From assembly GCF_000150275.1 (NCBI RefSeq), contig NW_002060943.1:10785515-10849514 (forward strand): a stretch of DNA of 64,000 nt. The letters are read 5' to 3'. Position 1 is the stretch's first letter. Every line of letters starts with the position of its first letter. Below the pieces are notes generated by a model. The model was given only the letters and a program-made list of their open reading frames with translations, was not told the origin of the DNA and ran no database searches. Shown here piece after piece: positions 44,422-56,625 of the stretch. Source of the stretch: Trichoplax adhaerens. Taxonomy: Eukaryota > Animalia > Placozoa. The translations under genes and the position numbers were made by a program.

Positions 44422-47400
44422 ATGATCATGTTGAATGCAAGCAAGCGAGGTGTCAGCGGTTTAAATGCCAAGATTTCGATCATGCGATGGATTTGCCGAT
44501 CTAATAATGCAAGATATAGTAAGTAAACATTCAGTTAGAAACGGCGATTGTGACTAGTGGATCAAGTCAAAGTAAAGATACAGCAAAATAAAACGCATTC
44601 TTTTGAAGTGGAATAGTCATCCTCTCGTTATGAAATTAATTTACTTACTTGCTTACTGTTAATTAACGTGTAACATAGCATCTAATGGAAGATACTTAAT
44701 CGGATTTTTGATGTCTAACTTAGTTCTATCGATGCTGATAGACTGTAGTATCGTACCGTGATCATCGTAGTTAACTGAACCTTGCAAAAAGTAAAAGTGT
44801 CTGCAAGACTCATGCAATTAAGCGAAAAAATTAATTATACACGTATTCAATTTTGATTGTAGAAAAATAAAAGCGTATAAACCGTATTGGGTGTTATCTT
44901 TTAGGAACTACGTGTATACAGTTCATTAACCATTAGCTGATGAATAGTATTTGTACAATTCGATGATTAACTTGCAGAAAAAAAATTTCTTATGAGACAT
45001 ATGCAATCGAATGATAAAAGAGCAAAAACTAGTCGAAAGTTTTCAATCGTAAAATTAAACCTACAGCATATTCAGAAGCGTGATATATTTTATTTTACAC
45101 GCGCATAAAACAGTTCTTTTGTTGTGGATGATACAACAAAACGATAATACTAAAACGAATTTTAAATTCATTTAAATGGCTTGCACACTGTACGATAGAT
45201 CTTTTTTTATCAGAAAAGACTAGAATTTGCTCGGACGCTGTAATGCAACAACTTCTGATACTATCATTAAAAATATCAAGGGACCTTGTCAAGTTTTGAC
45301 TTGAGAGATCCCTGAAATGTCTCACTTAGGCCGAATTTTCAATGTTTTCCAATTCACTATTATGCGATGAATTAATCGAATGTGCTATCATATTGATTAA
45401 CTGACGCTCTATTTTTTATTGTCTGAACATAACTATTTCTAACTGCAAAATATTAAGTAATAACCTTCGTGTATTCGTATTTTTATGATGCTACACTGTA
45501 CTGTAACTTCTTTCCCTCAAATGGAAATAATCACTTTATCATGCTCGCATGCTTTGCTATCTCTTTCAGCTACAGCAATCGAAATGCCTCCTTGCGACTT
45601 TAAGCCTGAAAAGTATAAGGTATTGCTCGTAAAGAACGTTAGAATGAGCTGGTATCTTTCCACTTATGCAGTGTTCTATTCCCTTCTTTAGTAAATGAAG
45701 GTTTATTAATTTAAGTTTTGAGGATTATAATACTGTAAATGGGAATAAACTAAATCAACATTATTAAGTAAAAAGTTTGCTAATATGCTGATCATTTCGC
45801 TTCCACAAGATATACTACCAGTACATAGAATTGATCAGTTTGCAAATGCGAGCATTTGAAAAGCATCCATTTCTTAAAGATTATTAGGCACGATGTATTT
45901 AAGTATATCACAGTGGAATTATTGCATTTACTATACTATAAGATATTAAATATGTGTAAATAAAAGTACTTCGAGTTGGAGAGATTTATCGAGCAATTAT
46001 TTGTACATTGCAATATCACAATATTTATCTATTCTTTTTAGAAGATATGGCCATGAACCTTTTAATTATACGCATGCTTAAGCTTGGCTTAAATTTCTTT
46101 AACTAGGCAATTTTGCAATATGTGATTTTTAGCATTGACTGCCCATCGGTTCTACCAGCATATTCCGTACTGTATAGTTAATAGATACGGAGTACAGTAT
46201 GTACGGCGAATATCAATTAGCAGACTAACGTATTTAATACTACTGCTAAATTATTAATGAGAGGTTCAGCGGTGATAAGATAATATGTAGTTTTAAATTT
46301 TTATTTTTGCATTTTTTTACTTTTATGCAATAACATAAAATACACTAGGTTCAAAAATGACATTGTATGCTCTTCTGGTAATGTAACCAATATCGGTTAT
46401 CATATTGTATTTTAGACGAATGAGCGATGCTTTAAGTCATAATGTAACAACCTCATATATCTCTTGGTATGGCTTGGTCATTTATTTTTATAGGGTATGT
46501 CAGCAAGCAAAATTATGCAAATACGTAAGGAAAAATTAACACCCAGTCTGGTTACTTACTACAAGGACCCCTTGGTAGTTCATCAGGTCAGGACAAGCGA
46601 TAACGAACGTAGAGACGTTAGAATGAGTGTTAATTTAAATTTTGGTGCAGCCTGATTCTTACAATCAATGACTATCTACCAACAGGGTCATATGCAATGG
46701 CTTTTTGATATCAATGGACGACGATTTCTTGATCTTTTTGGTGGAATTGTTACGGTTAGCGTAGGACACTGTCATCCGTGAGTAGAACATATTATAGATA
46801 TGTTGTATAAACCGTACATTATACTGTATAAGAGTCAAATGCTAATTGGGGCTGTTCAGATTTTTAGGGTGCTTGAAAAGCTCGTATTTTGTTATAAGTT
46901 GTCCTGATTAAAACTTTTTTGTATACAGAGTAGTAACAGCTGCTGCTGAAAAACAGATGAAAAAATTATGGCATACTACCAGTATTTACGTATACCCGTC
47001 AATACATGAATATGCTGAAAAGTTAATGTCTAAATTTTCTGGTAATTTAAAGGTAAAAGCCTACCGATTTTTATGTCTGCACGTATTATATTGACATTTA
47101 CTCTTTTCTTTATTTAATACCTTACTCTTGCTAGGTTTGCTTCTTTGCTAACAGTGGATCAGAAGCTAACGATCTGGCGATGTTATTAGCACGTGTGCAT
47201 ACTGGAAATTTCGATTTAATCTCTTTAAGGTAGAAGCGGAAAAATTCTTTCAGCTAATAAAGACAGATTAATTAATTAAAGCAATGTTAGCGATGAGTGT
47301 GACCTCAAATATAAGTTTAAGTATCTGTTTCCTCCTTCCTTCATAGAAATGCTTACCATGGTGTGAGCCCCTACACGATGGGCATAACTGCCCATTCAAC

Positions 47401-49804
47401 TTGGCTTCAGCCCGTGCCTACAAGATTAGGTTGCGTTCAGGTATTTTTTAAGAGTGTCACACATTCAGGCCTATTTAATGGCATTAAGTAGTAATTGAAT
47501 GTCATTAATCTTATTGAGATTCACATGACGCGACAACCAAATTAAATTTTTTAACTACTAGACCATGAATCCTGATGTTTATCGTGGACCTTGGGGAGGC
47601 TCACGATGCAGAGATTCTGTCGTTCAGGTAAAAAAATTTAAAGAATAATAAATTGGTAATTAAAAGCCTATGTGGTAATGCTTAGATAAACACTGTATTC
47701 GGTTAGTTGCTATATTGTCACATTAATTCTTGCTAATCCTGATGTTGGATTCTATAAAGACATGTGTCATGGCAAAAGTAGATTAAATAACCTTATATTT
47801 TATCATTTAATCAAAGACTACCAGGGATTGTGACTGCAGTGAAGGTAACTTGCTTGTGGTACAATGGGTGGTTATTGCATTGTCGGTTACTAGATTGCAA
47901 TAGTTAAGTTGGTAATCATGTTTGATTAACCAAAAGTTTCCTACATCATGATTAGGGGAGTGTAAAGCTTGCAATAATTACGTTGATCAGTTGGAAGATG
48001 TACTTAATCATTCGGTTCCTCAGAAAATTGCTGGATTCATAGCAGAGCCAATTCAAGTATGTAATTATACATTCGACATAAATCTATAAACGAGATGCAA
48101 GCACATGCAATGCAGCATATTGCTACTTTTGTGTTAAAATATCCTTGTTACATTTTATTTAGGTATCTAAGATACTGGTTACATAAAGTGAATTTATGTT
48201 TGGAATAAGATATTTACATACGGATTGTTCATATGCAAAATGATGTATTTTGATGTAATAGGGTGTTGGCGGGTCAGTTCAGTATCCGAAGAATTACTTA
48301 AAAAAAGCTTATGAATTGGTGCGAGAACGAGGTGGCGTATGTATAGCTGACGAGGTTAGCGACTTTACTAGTAAAGGAAAAACTTAATGGTAACTTTATT
48401 AACTTTGTATGACGAGTGTGAATTAATACATAACAAAGATACTTCGAACAACATGGGTTTATGGAATTCTGCTATATTCGCAATATACTATTCCTACTAT
48501 TTAACATTTATCTTTCACCATTACACAGGTTCAGACAGGGTTTGCTCGCCCAGGTTCACATTTTTGGGGATTTGAAGCTAGCGGAGTCACACCAGACATT
48601 GGTATGGAAGCGTAAAGACTAGGATTTATTCGAACTAGATAACTTTTTTCATTGATATCTCACATTATACAAAGTAATGAATATATTGATCATCTATCCT
48701 AACATAGTTACAATGGCCAAAGGAATTGGTAATGGATATCCACTTAGTGCAGTAGTAACTACACCAGGTAACTAGTGTATACCTTGATATACAATAGAAG
48801 ATCTGCCATGTTGGCAAGTCTACGCAATAATATGAAGGAAGATTTACTTTAAATAATGATGATACAAAAAGGCTACCATGAGCGTTTATTACTACAATAT
48901 CAAATTATCTCCGTTTGTGTTTATAAACGTACATAGAAATTGCTGCATCATTGACCAAGGCTATACATTTCAACACATTTGGGGGAAATCCTGTTGCCTG
49001 TGCTATTGGTTCTGCTGTTCTTGATGTAAGAAAAAATTGTTACATCGTATGGTATATGTACATTTTAGTGCTACTATTAACTCCCTCCTTTAGGTCATCG
49101 ATCAAGAAAACATGATGCAAAGAGCTGATGAATTGGGCACCTTTTTATTGAAAGAACTAGCCAAGCTTCGGGATGAATTCGAAATTGTGGGTGATGTCAG
49201 AGGCAAAGGGCTAATGATTGGTGTCGAATTTGTCAAATCAAAGGTACTAAAACCGTGATGTTGATTTCCCATTTCATACACTTTAATAAAATATCAAAAT
49301 CTTAATCCTGCTTTTAATAAAAAATATTTTCTCGTATAACATTTTAGTCTTCAAAAACTCCATTGCCTTTGCCGGATGTTAATAAAATTTGGGAGGATTG
49401 TAAAAATATGGGGGTTCTTATCGGTAAAGGAGGATTCTACGGCAATGTAAGTGCTATGAGTAATTCAATAGTTTCAAAGTCATTACATATACCGTGATAT
49501 ACAGTTGCTCGACTCTATACTGTTTCCGGTGAAAAAATCGCGTTCAGTAACGTTACTCTAGGTTGATGACGCTTTCAGATAATATAACAATTAAAGCTGA
49601 TGATTGTCATATAACTATTTCAATTAGAAATATTTTGTCATGCCACTTAGTTCATTGAAATTTACTGACTAATCGTATTCTAACACTGATAACTGTAAAT
49701 CAATTTTAAAGGTATTCCGAATCAAGCCGCCAATGTGTATTACCAAAGCCGATGTGGTATTTACTATCAACGTTTTACGAAGAGCTCTAGAAAATTATGG
49801 ATAG
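44422..49804 (+). CDS. AGXT2: Alanine--glyoxylate aminotransferase 2, mitochondrial (class III PLP aminotransferase)
   Basis: Presequence exon 44422-44518 ([10 protein letters not shown]...RY, phase 1, donor GTAAGT) joins [11 protein letters not shown]; [66 protein letters not shown]; stop TAG 49802-49804. Confidence 0.95.
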
Positions 49805-50057
49805 AATGTCATATTACTGTATTAGTTTGTCAGTTTTCAAGGTAACACTCAGTTTTGCTTTTGATGATTTGATTTAATAGGCATAACACACTGTATCATC
49901 TGTTTATTAAATCTTTTTTTTCTCCAATGGAAACCTAATTCCGATCGTATTTAAAGTAATTTCGTGCCAGTACATTGCTTAACATAAATATTGATTGCTT
50001 AGCATTAATTCATTTTAAAATTAATTAGAATAATATAGGAAAATTTCGCTATTTATT

Positions 50058-52718
50058 TTATAATAACTCATGCTTTAAATAAGATTGAAAATAAAATTCG
50101 GTATCTCGCGATCGAAAATATGCAGTATCTTTATACTTAAAGTGTGGAATTGAGACGACTTGATTATTTACAGTTATAATGACTGGTAGTCCAAGTCTAC
50201 ATCTAAAATGAATATTCGAAATGGACGAACGATTTGGGGATTTCTTAATCAAGGAAAAATCTGAAAATTGCATGTGTCTTACAAACAAATCTTGAGGATC
50301 AGACGATCTGTTATCTTTATATTGATAATTTATGAGAAATCGGTTATCCCACCAGAGATTGACGCCATCAAATATTGGAATCATAGAGATTTTCTGAGGT
50401 TGTCTACTGATGATAATAACAATTGTAGATGCATTTTTAGATTTTGTAAAGTATTTCCTTTTTGTATCATTAATACAAAACACCACGCAGCCAGCTATAC
50501 TCTTGACATAACACTCTTTATTGTCATTAGCAATGTCCATAGTAAGAATTCTCTTTAGTTCCATATGTAATTTTATCACCGACTCCAGCAGCGGTGGATA
50601 CGTTTGGCCTCCAATATATTGGCAAAGTCTTGACAAAGAACGTCTGACTATATAATTTTCTTCATTTAGAAGGTTATTCAGATGGGCTGTGGCAAATATC
50701 CAGTCGTGATTTATCTCGCAACTGCCTTGAATATGATTTATAACTGTAATAAAAAAGCATAAATTCAATACCACATGTCTCATTTGTTAATCCAATGGCA
50801 GGCATGCTATTAACAAGAAGATCATTGCAACATAGCTACTGAAAAGTATTTGGCATACCCCTCCTATTGAGAATAGAACCAGTTTCTTTGAAACTTTCAA
50901 TTGAGCTTGCGACCAGAGTTGTTAAAGAAATATTCTTGGAGCTATCTGGATTATAATTGACAGTTTCATCAGTTACAAGATTTAGTCACTACAGTATAAG
51001 CAAAACTATCAGTTTAATTAAAATTACTGCACTTTGTAATGCTGCTAGTCCTTGTCTAATCTGATTTCGTTTATACATCAATGACATATTGGACGGATCC
51101 TCGATCCAAATGACCTTGTTTTGATGACATACTTCTTGTAGTTGTGTCTGTCAGAATAGAATAAGCACCATCAAAAGGTTATTCTGTGTCTAAAACATAA
51201 GCGATTCCTATTTTCATTCAATGTTGCTAATGAGATTGCATCACTATAGTGCATATCTGTCTGAAGTTATAAATATAATTACATATTTTATTACGAACTG
51301 TCATTGAAATACTTACATTAGAAAATCATAATGATATAATGACAGCTCTTCAGTCAATCTGTATAACTAATCTGATAAAAATAAAAGTTACTATCACTAT
51401 GCACTAAGCTTACATTTACCTTTTGAAAGGATAATAGAGGCCTAATAAGCGTTATAGGTGGAAAATGTAATCGCAAATTTTGAGAAAGTTTCATGCATGA
51501 TAATCCGTCTATGCCACTTTTGCAAGATAACCGAAAGATAAATGTCTCTGTAATATTTAAATTCAATGGTTCTCATTAATGAAATCAAGTTATCAAAGCT
51601 ATGTTACATAAAATTTAGCAAATATTGTACACCTATCTCTCGATCATACTCGTATTAAAAATACTGTATTAATCGATCCGTTAGAAATGAATAGGTTATG
51701 CACATGATGAAATAGGTATGTAATATATCTAGTACTGGACACTGTATTCTGTAAATCTACTATGATGATCTTGCAGAATTCACCTATTTGATCATTTAAG
51801 TGATGACCAGTTAGTAAATATTGAATATTTTGGTTTTGACATTCTTCCCCTAACAGCCTATAACGCTTTAGCCTAGCTAATTCTTGTACTTTACGAAAAT
51901 TTACTTCTTGATTCCAATTACATGACACTATCTTGTGCGGAATGTTTAGTTTATCCAATATTTCATTGACATTTTGAGCTTCTTGTGAACTTTCTGCACG
52001 TAAGCTAATTAAAGTATAAATAGTGATACAATATGAGAATATTGGATGGCACTAATCCAACACCACCAGGCACAAAGTTCTATCGATATTATGATACCGG
52101 TGATCAACAGTGATTGCAAATAATTTCTGAAAGTATTGTCTAGCCAATACACAAAGAGAAATACTATCAACACCACCAGATACTGCTAGTGCTACAAAAA
52201 TAAAAAAGTAAAAATTGAGCAATAAATATAGTGCTATTAGTTTATACATTTTCATAGCATATTTGTAAAGTTGACGTAAATTAAGACTCCTGACGATGAT
52301 ATATCGTATACTAGTACGCATACAGTATAATTATGAGTGCGTCCTACGTCCATTCCATACATTAAGGGATGAAATTTTTAGTGATGTCTAATCAGTTCTT
52401 ACTTACTGTACAGTTAATTTGAAGGTCACATTGTAACAAACATTCAAACTAAGATCTCATTGCAACGGCTATCACTATCAATTTCACAACTTGGTAAATT
52501 ATCGTATTGCAAAGTCTTGTTTAGCAAGAGCTCTACCTTACCTACAGGTGTTGATGGAGTCAATCCGTATCTTTCTACAACCTCGATAAATTTTTGCATT
52601 TCTCTGATAAAATAGTATTAACACCTTAGCATACTAACTACTAAACTAGCTATTGATAACGCCTAAAGAGGGCTGTGCGTATCCTATGTTTAGCTGAATG
52701 AGACTGAATCCAGTACAT
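50058..52718 (-). CDS. tilS: tRNA(Ile)-lysidine synthase (probably mitochondrial); start codon uncertain
   Basis: PP-loop ALAVSGGVDS, TVDH-x-LRAESSQEA, LARLKRY, LLTGHHLNDQIETFIFRL..SGIDGL, LIRPLL, WIEDPSN...YKRNQIR, all split by spliceosomal introns. Candidate start MYWIQSH (52718) needs a GC donor; the alternative is MQKF at ~52599. Confidence 0.88.
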
Positions 52719-52900
52719 TGAACAATTAGAATTCTTCGGATAGTTCTTCCATCGACATGCATGCAAGTGATTAATTAATAATGATATCCTATCAAAATGG
52801 AAATGGAAACTCTACAGTATAAAATTGTCCTATGAAAATCATATACAATACTTTACTAATGATTGAAAGTTCTGACGATTACAGAAACTTATCTAGACCG

Positions 52901-53043
52901 TGGAGCTATGTACAGTACTACAAACTTGTTGCCGAAGTGATACAGACTTAATAACTGCTGTAAACATTAAAGTAGAACATGGAGTTATGTACTACAAACT
53001 TATTGCACCCAGAGATATTTACTTGATAACTGTTGTAAATATT
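52901..53043. repeat. Diverged ~65-bp tandem duplication in the TilS 5' region
   Basis: TGGAGCTATGTACAGTACTACAAACTTGTTGC...ACTTAATAACTGCTGTAAACATT (52901-52968) vs TGGAGTTATGTACTACAAACTTATTGC...ACTTGATAACTGTTGTAAATATT (52980-53043). Confidence 0.75.
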
Positions 53044-53184
53044 CAACCAGTGTTATGCTGGAATAATTAATTAAATTATGATGACTTCTGCAAGCTCATT
53101 AATTAAGCTTGCGATAACTATTTGTACCTTACAGACTGTAAGGAGTAGTCGCACCTTGCACTAGTCTAAACCTGGCGTTGGACT

Positions 53185-53260
53185 GTTGTACAGTATACAG
53201 TACAGTACTGTAGTATCTACAGCAGCGCTATACTGTACTGTATCAGTTCAGTACTAGTAG
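53185..53260. repeat. TACAG/CTGTA array upstream of TilS
   Basis: GTACAGTATACAGTACAGTACTGTAG and TACTGTACTGTATCAG, next to a CCAAT at 53266. Confidence 0.85.
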
Positions 53261-54994
53261 GCAGCCAATCGGACCGTGGCCGCTACCAGTTCTACCGTCT
53301 GGCTGCCTTTCCGAGATTTTATTAATGGAAATGATTCCCTTTATTTTCTATTTTTATTTCACTACTGAAATTGACTGACTATAAAACATCTCAAATGATA
53401 TTACAGTACTTATATAAATTTATAACAACTACAGTATACGAAGTTGAAGACTTCCATTCTCGTCTCTTAATTGTTTACGGTGTAAAAGTATTAAAACATC
53501 ACGTTGTTAAGTTGTTATAAGGATAGACACAGTAGGTTAATCGCTAGCGTAAAAAATTGACCAGCAGAAAGTGAAATCATTCTATTTCACTGTCAGTATT
53601 AGACCGCTATTAATGTCGGCGTAGTTATACATCTATAAAAAATGAGTTATTGCTACTAGTGAGTAACGCGGGACTTCTAGTGCTGTATAGCCATGCATTA
53701 CTATAGGTCACTGGAATCAGCTGAAGTCATGAATCAGGTAAAATTAAAATCGACATAAAGAAGAATCATTTTAAAGATCTTTATTTTTCTCACCAAAGAG
53801 AATCTGATTACTCGATGAGTACATAAAGTTAAAAAGTGTATTGGTAGGACATTTTAAGAAATCGCAATGTACAGCTATAATTGAAGAAAATACATTTTCG
53901 CATAACTTGAAAAAATCATACTATAGTCTAAACATCGTATCCACATTACACAAGCTTCTTGTAGCAGTGCTACCGTCTTACAGTAGTTATCAATGCTTTC
54001 AGCTTCCTTAAAGTGTATTATCATATCATTAATATGGAATGTACCTACAGCCTCAGTTACAGCATTATGAAAAATTCATTGTATAATGGTACATTGCATA
54101 TTAATATTATGATGATGCACAACTACGTCAATGAACCACCTGTAAATCGACATTTATGTCATTTGAAATCATAGGTAGCCGTGACTGCAGTTGGAGCGCC
54201 AAGTATACGACGATAAAAGACCGACCAAGAATTATCTTAGCAGTTTTAATCTGAACTGCCGCAGATCTTTGGCATTAGAGATCGTAGATATTTCAATAAA
54301 TTATTGCTTGTACTTTCCTTCATAACAATAAAAACATTGCTAATGCGCTAAAAATGCAAATAATTCATTTAGGTAAGACAATCTCGTAACTGGTCTTGAT
54401 CTTACTAACATATCAGCATTCAAAGGCATACGAAATTTCTAATTCCTAGCATAGAAATCTCAGTCATCAGTCATTAAAAAGTTGATACAGTTATCGGACG
54501 TAAACATTTCGCGTTCTGACATACTGACCTATCGTATCAACTGTGATTAATCTACTTGTAAACAAATACAGTAGAAATTCCATGACATCCCATAATACAG
54601 TACTGTTTCTCAACTACACAAGGACTCTCAAACCACAATTCCAGTGTGATTTGGGTCTCTTGTACAAAGTTGACTACAGAGGGAGATACCTCAATGGCCG
54701 CCAGCCGTGGGCCTCATCTCCTGTACTGTACGTGGTTTTGCTCTTCTCTATCAAAAGAACAGCGTAATTCCTTTCTCAAATTGCATATTTAAAAAAAATA
54801 CGCTACTAAGGATACTAAGGATGAAGTATTGTATATCTAATTTAGTTTTATCATTAAAGTTAAGAGAAAACTTGAGGGTATATTTCTTTCAGTATCATTT
54901 CAAATCCAGATTACTGAAAAGAGTCAAAATAAAAATTAAATTACTAATTACGATAGTACTTTTCACAGGAAGGATTTCCATGGGCCAAAAAAGT

Positions 54995-55843
54995 TCAAAT
55001 TTTCCCGCTTGCAAGTAAGAGTTGTTTGTATTTGTCTCTTTCTTGCGCTGTCTGCTCCTTTTCTCTTCGCAGTTTGGTAATTATAGAGCGTTGCTCAATG
55101 ACTACGGTCAGCATAGATTTTGCTTCTTTTACACGCTTTGCCCGACTATTTTGAGCGTATCCTCGATTTTTTAGTGTCCTTCGGCGTCTCTTAATCTCTT
55201 CCTTCTTTTTATCCGAAAAACCATTTAAGCACATATTTAATTCTTTCGTCCTCATGCGGCATAAAGCATCATCGGTGAAATCTTGATGATCATTAATCTT
55301 GCCCTTTTCTTCATTACGATCCTGAACGTCTGCCATTTCATCGGATGATCGGTTAATGTTAGACATATCGTCGATAACACTGCAATCATCACTCTTGCTA
55401 TCATCCGAAGATCCAACGAGACTGTTGCTTTCTACTTGATCTACAGATGAGTTCTGATCCGTCGAATCATCGGGACAGTCATTTGAACATAAAGCATCAT
55501 GATCGTTTCCAATAGCATCAGCGGTCGATGTAAAGTAATTTAACCAATCTGAGTTAGAACTCATCCACTTATCGCAGATATTCGGAGTCTGGCTACCGTT
55601 ATCATAATGATTATAATCCATGTCATCAGGCAGAATCGGCTTTTTGAGGCTATCTTCGTTAAAATTGTTCGATTGATCTGAAAGAATTCTTTCCAAATCA
55701 TCGAAAGTGGCAATATTAGGATCTTGGTAATTTGCATCTTTTAAACCAGACCCATTTTCTTCCGGTATTAACCAGTCAGGAAACGTTTTTATATTGGTTG
55801 AATAACACGACTCCAAGTCGCCTGTAAACTCTTCACCCATCAT
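54995..55843 (-). CDS. Maf-family bZIP transcription factor with acidic N-terminus (divergent large-Maf-like), intronless CDS
   Basis: Extended homology region FTDDALCRMRTKELN..L.GFS and basic region [20 protein letters not shown]. First true ATG is 55843 (the ORF track starts at a TTG). Asp/Ser-rich N-terminal ~185 aa. Confidence 0.9.
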   Translation of the reverse strand: MMGEEFTGDLESCYSTNIKTFPDWLIPEENGSGLKDANYQDPNIATFDDLERILSDQSNNFNEDSLKKPILPDDMDYNHYDNGSQTPNICDKWMSSNSDWLNYFTSTADAIGNDHDALCSNDCPDDSTDQNSSVDQVESNSLVGSSDDSKSDDCSVIDDMSNINRSSDEMADVQDRNEEKGKINDHQDFTDDALCRMRTKELNMCLNGFSDKKKEEIKRRRRTLKNRGYAQNSRAKRVKEAKSMLTVVIEQRSIITKLRREKEQTAQERDKYKQLLLASGKI

Positions 55844-56104
55844 TATTACTGTAGTTTGATTGAACAAACTAGGTTACACCACGTTAAGATAATGTTAATT
55901 AACAATCAAATATTAGAATGTAGTGGGTTTTCTGATCTCCTTGATCACAACAAATTCCTTCACTCAACTTCACTTAAACCCAAAAGTGATTCTGAAAAAC
56001 ACGAACCTCTGCCTACCGCTGATGCGACGCCGCTTGGCGGAAGATCTTTCCCTTTCCCCGATGTTATGCTTTCAACTGCTGATTAAAACCGAATTCGCTC
56101 TAAA

Positions 56105-56250
56105 TATATACTGTATGTCTGTACAGTATAGTACTGTAGTGTACAGTACATACTGTACAGCACTGTACTGTACAGTACTGTACTTAAACAGTTGTTAGTG
56201 AACTGTACAGTACATCGTACTGTACAAGAGCACGCCAACATACAGTACAG
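56105..56250. repeat. TACAG/CTGTA array upstream of the long Maf gene
   Basis: CTGTACAGTATAGTACTGTAGTGTACAGTACATACTGTACAGCACTGTACTGTACAGTACTGTAC; a second cluster at 56640-56690. Confidence 0.9.
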
Positions 56251-56606
56251 TAGGTTGGTTCGAGCGATATGATTGGCCAACAATGACGCAATAATCTGAA
56301 ATCCTAAAAACGGTACGTAACCGTAATGGTAAAACTAATCCGAAGGAAAGGTTCACTTTGCAATTGCTGTAAACCATCGACTACTACTGAAAGTAAAAAA
56401 TGCGATATTAAGAGTTATAGTCATGATGTTATTAATTGATTACAACGCTAGTTTAAAGATGAAAGGTGTACATGTATTGATGTAAAATGAAAAGCGCTTT
56501 TCTACTACTGAAATAGGATTACACCGTACGTGCTACCTACATATTCTGCCAAATTATAACTCATGACGATGTCGCGTTCGCTTATCCCATCTGAAACGTG
56601 GAAGGG

Positions 56607-56625
56607 AAAATTTGCTGACATTGCA
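56607..56625 (+). promoter_or_regulatory. Maf recognition element (MARE)-like site
   Basis: AAAATT-TGCTGACATTGCA: AT-rich flank plus the TGCTGAC half-site with both outer TGC/GCA boxes at T-MARE spacing. Confidence 0.5.

Noticed and set aside
44390-44790. Apparent minus-strand exons or lncRNA upstream of AGXT2
   Set aside because: 44422-44518 is better explained as the + strand presequence exon of AGXT2; minus frames close quickly.
50058-52718. TilS as bacterial contamination or a recent endosymbiont insertion
   Set aside because: Multiple spliceosomal introns, host-like composition and a host-type promoter array.
53258-53308. 9-bp inverted repeat AGGCAGCCA/TGGCTGCCT as a tRNA or ncRNA
   Set aside because: No cloverleaf, A/B boxes or recognisable family; more likely promoter sequence around a CCAAT box.
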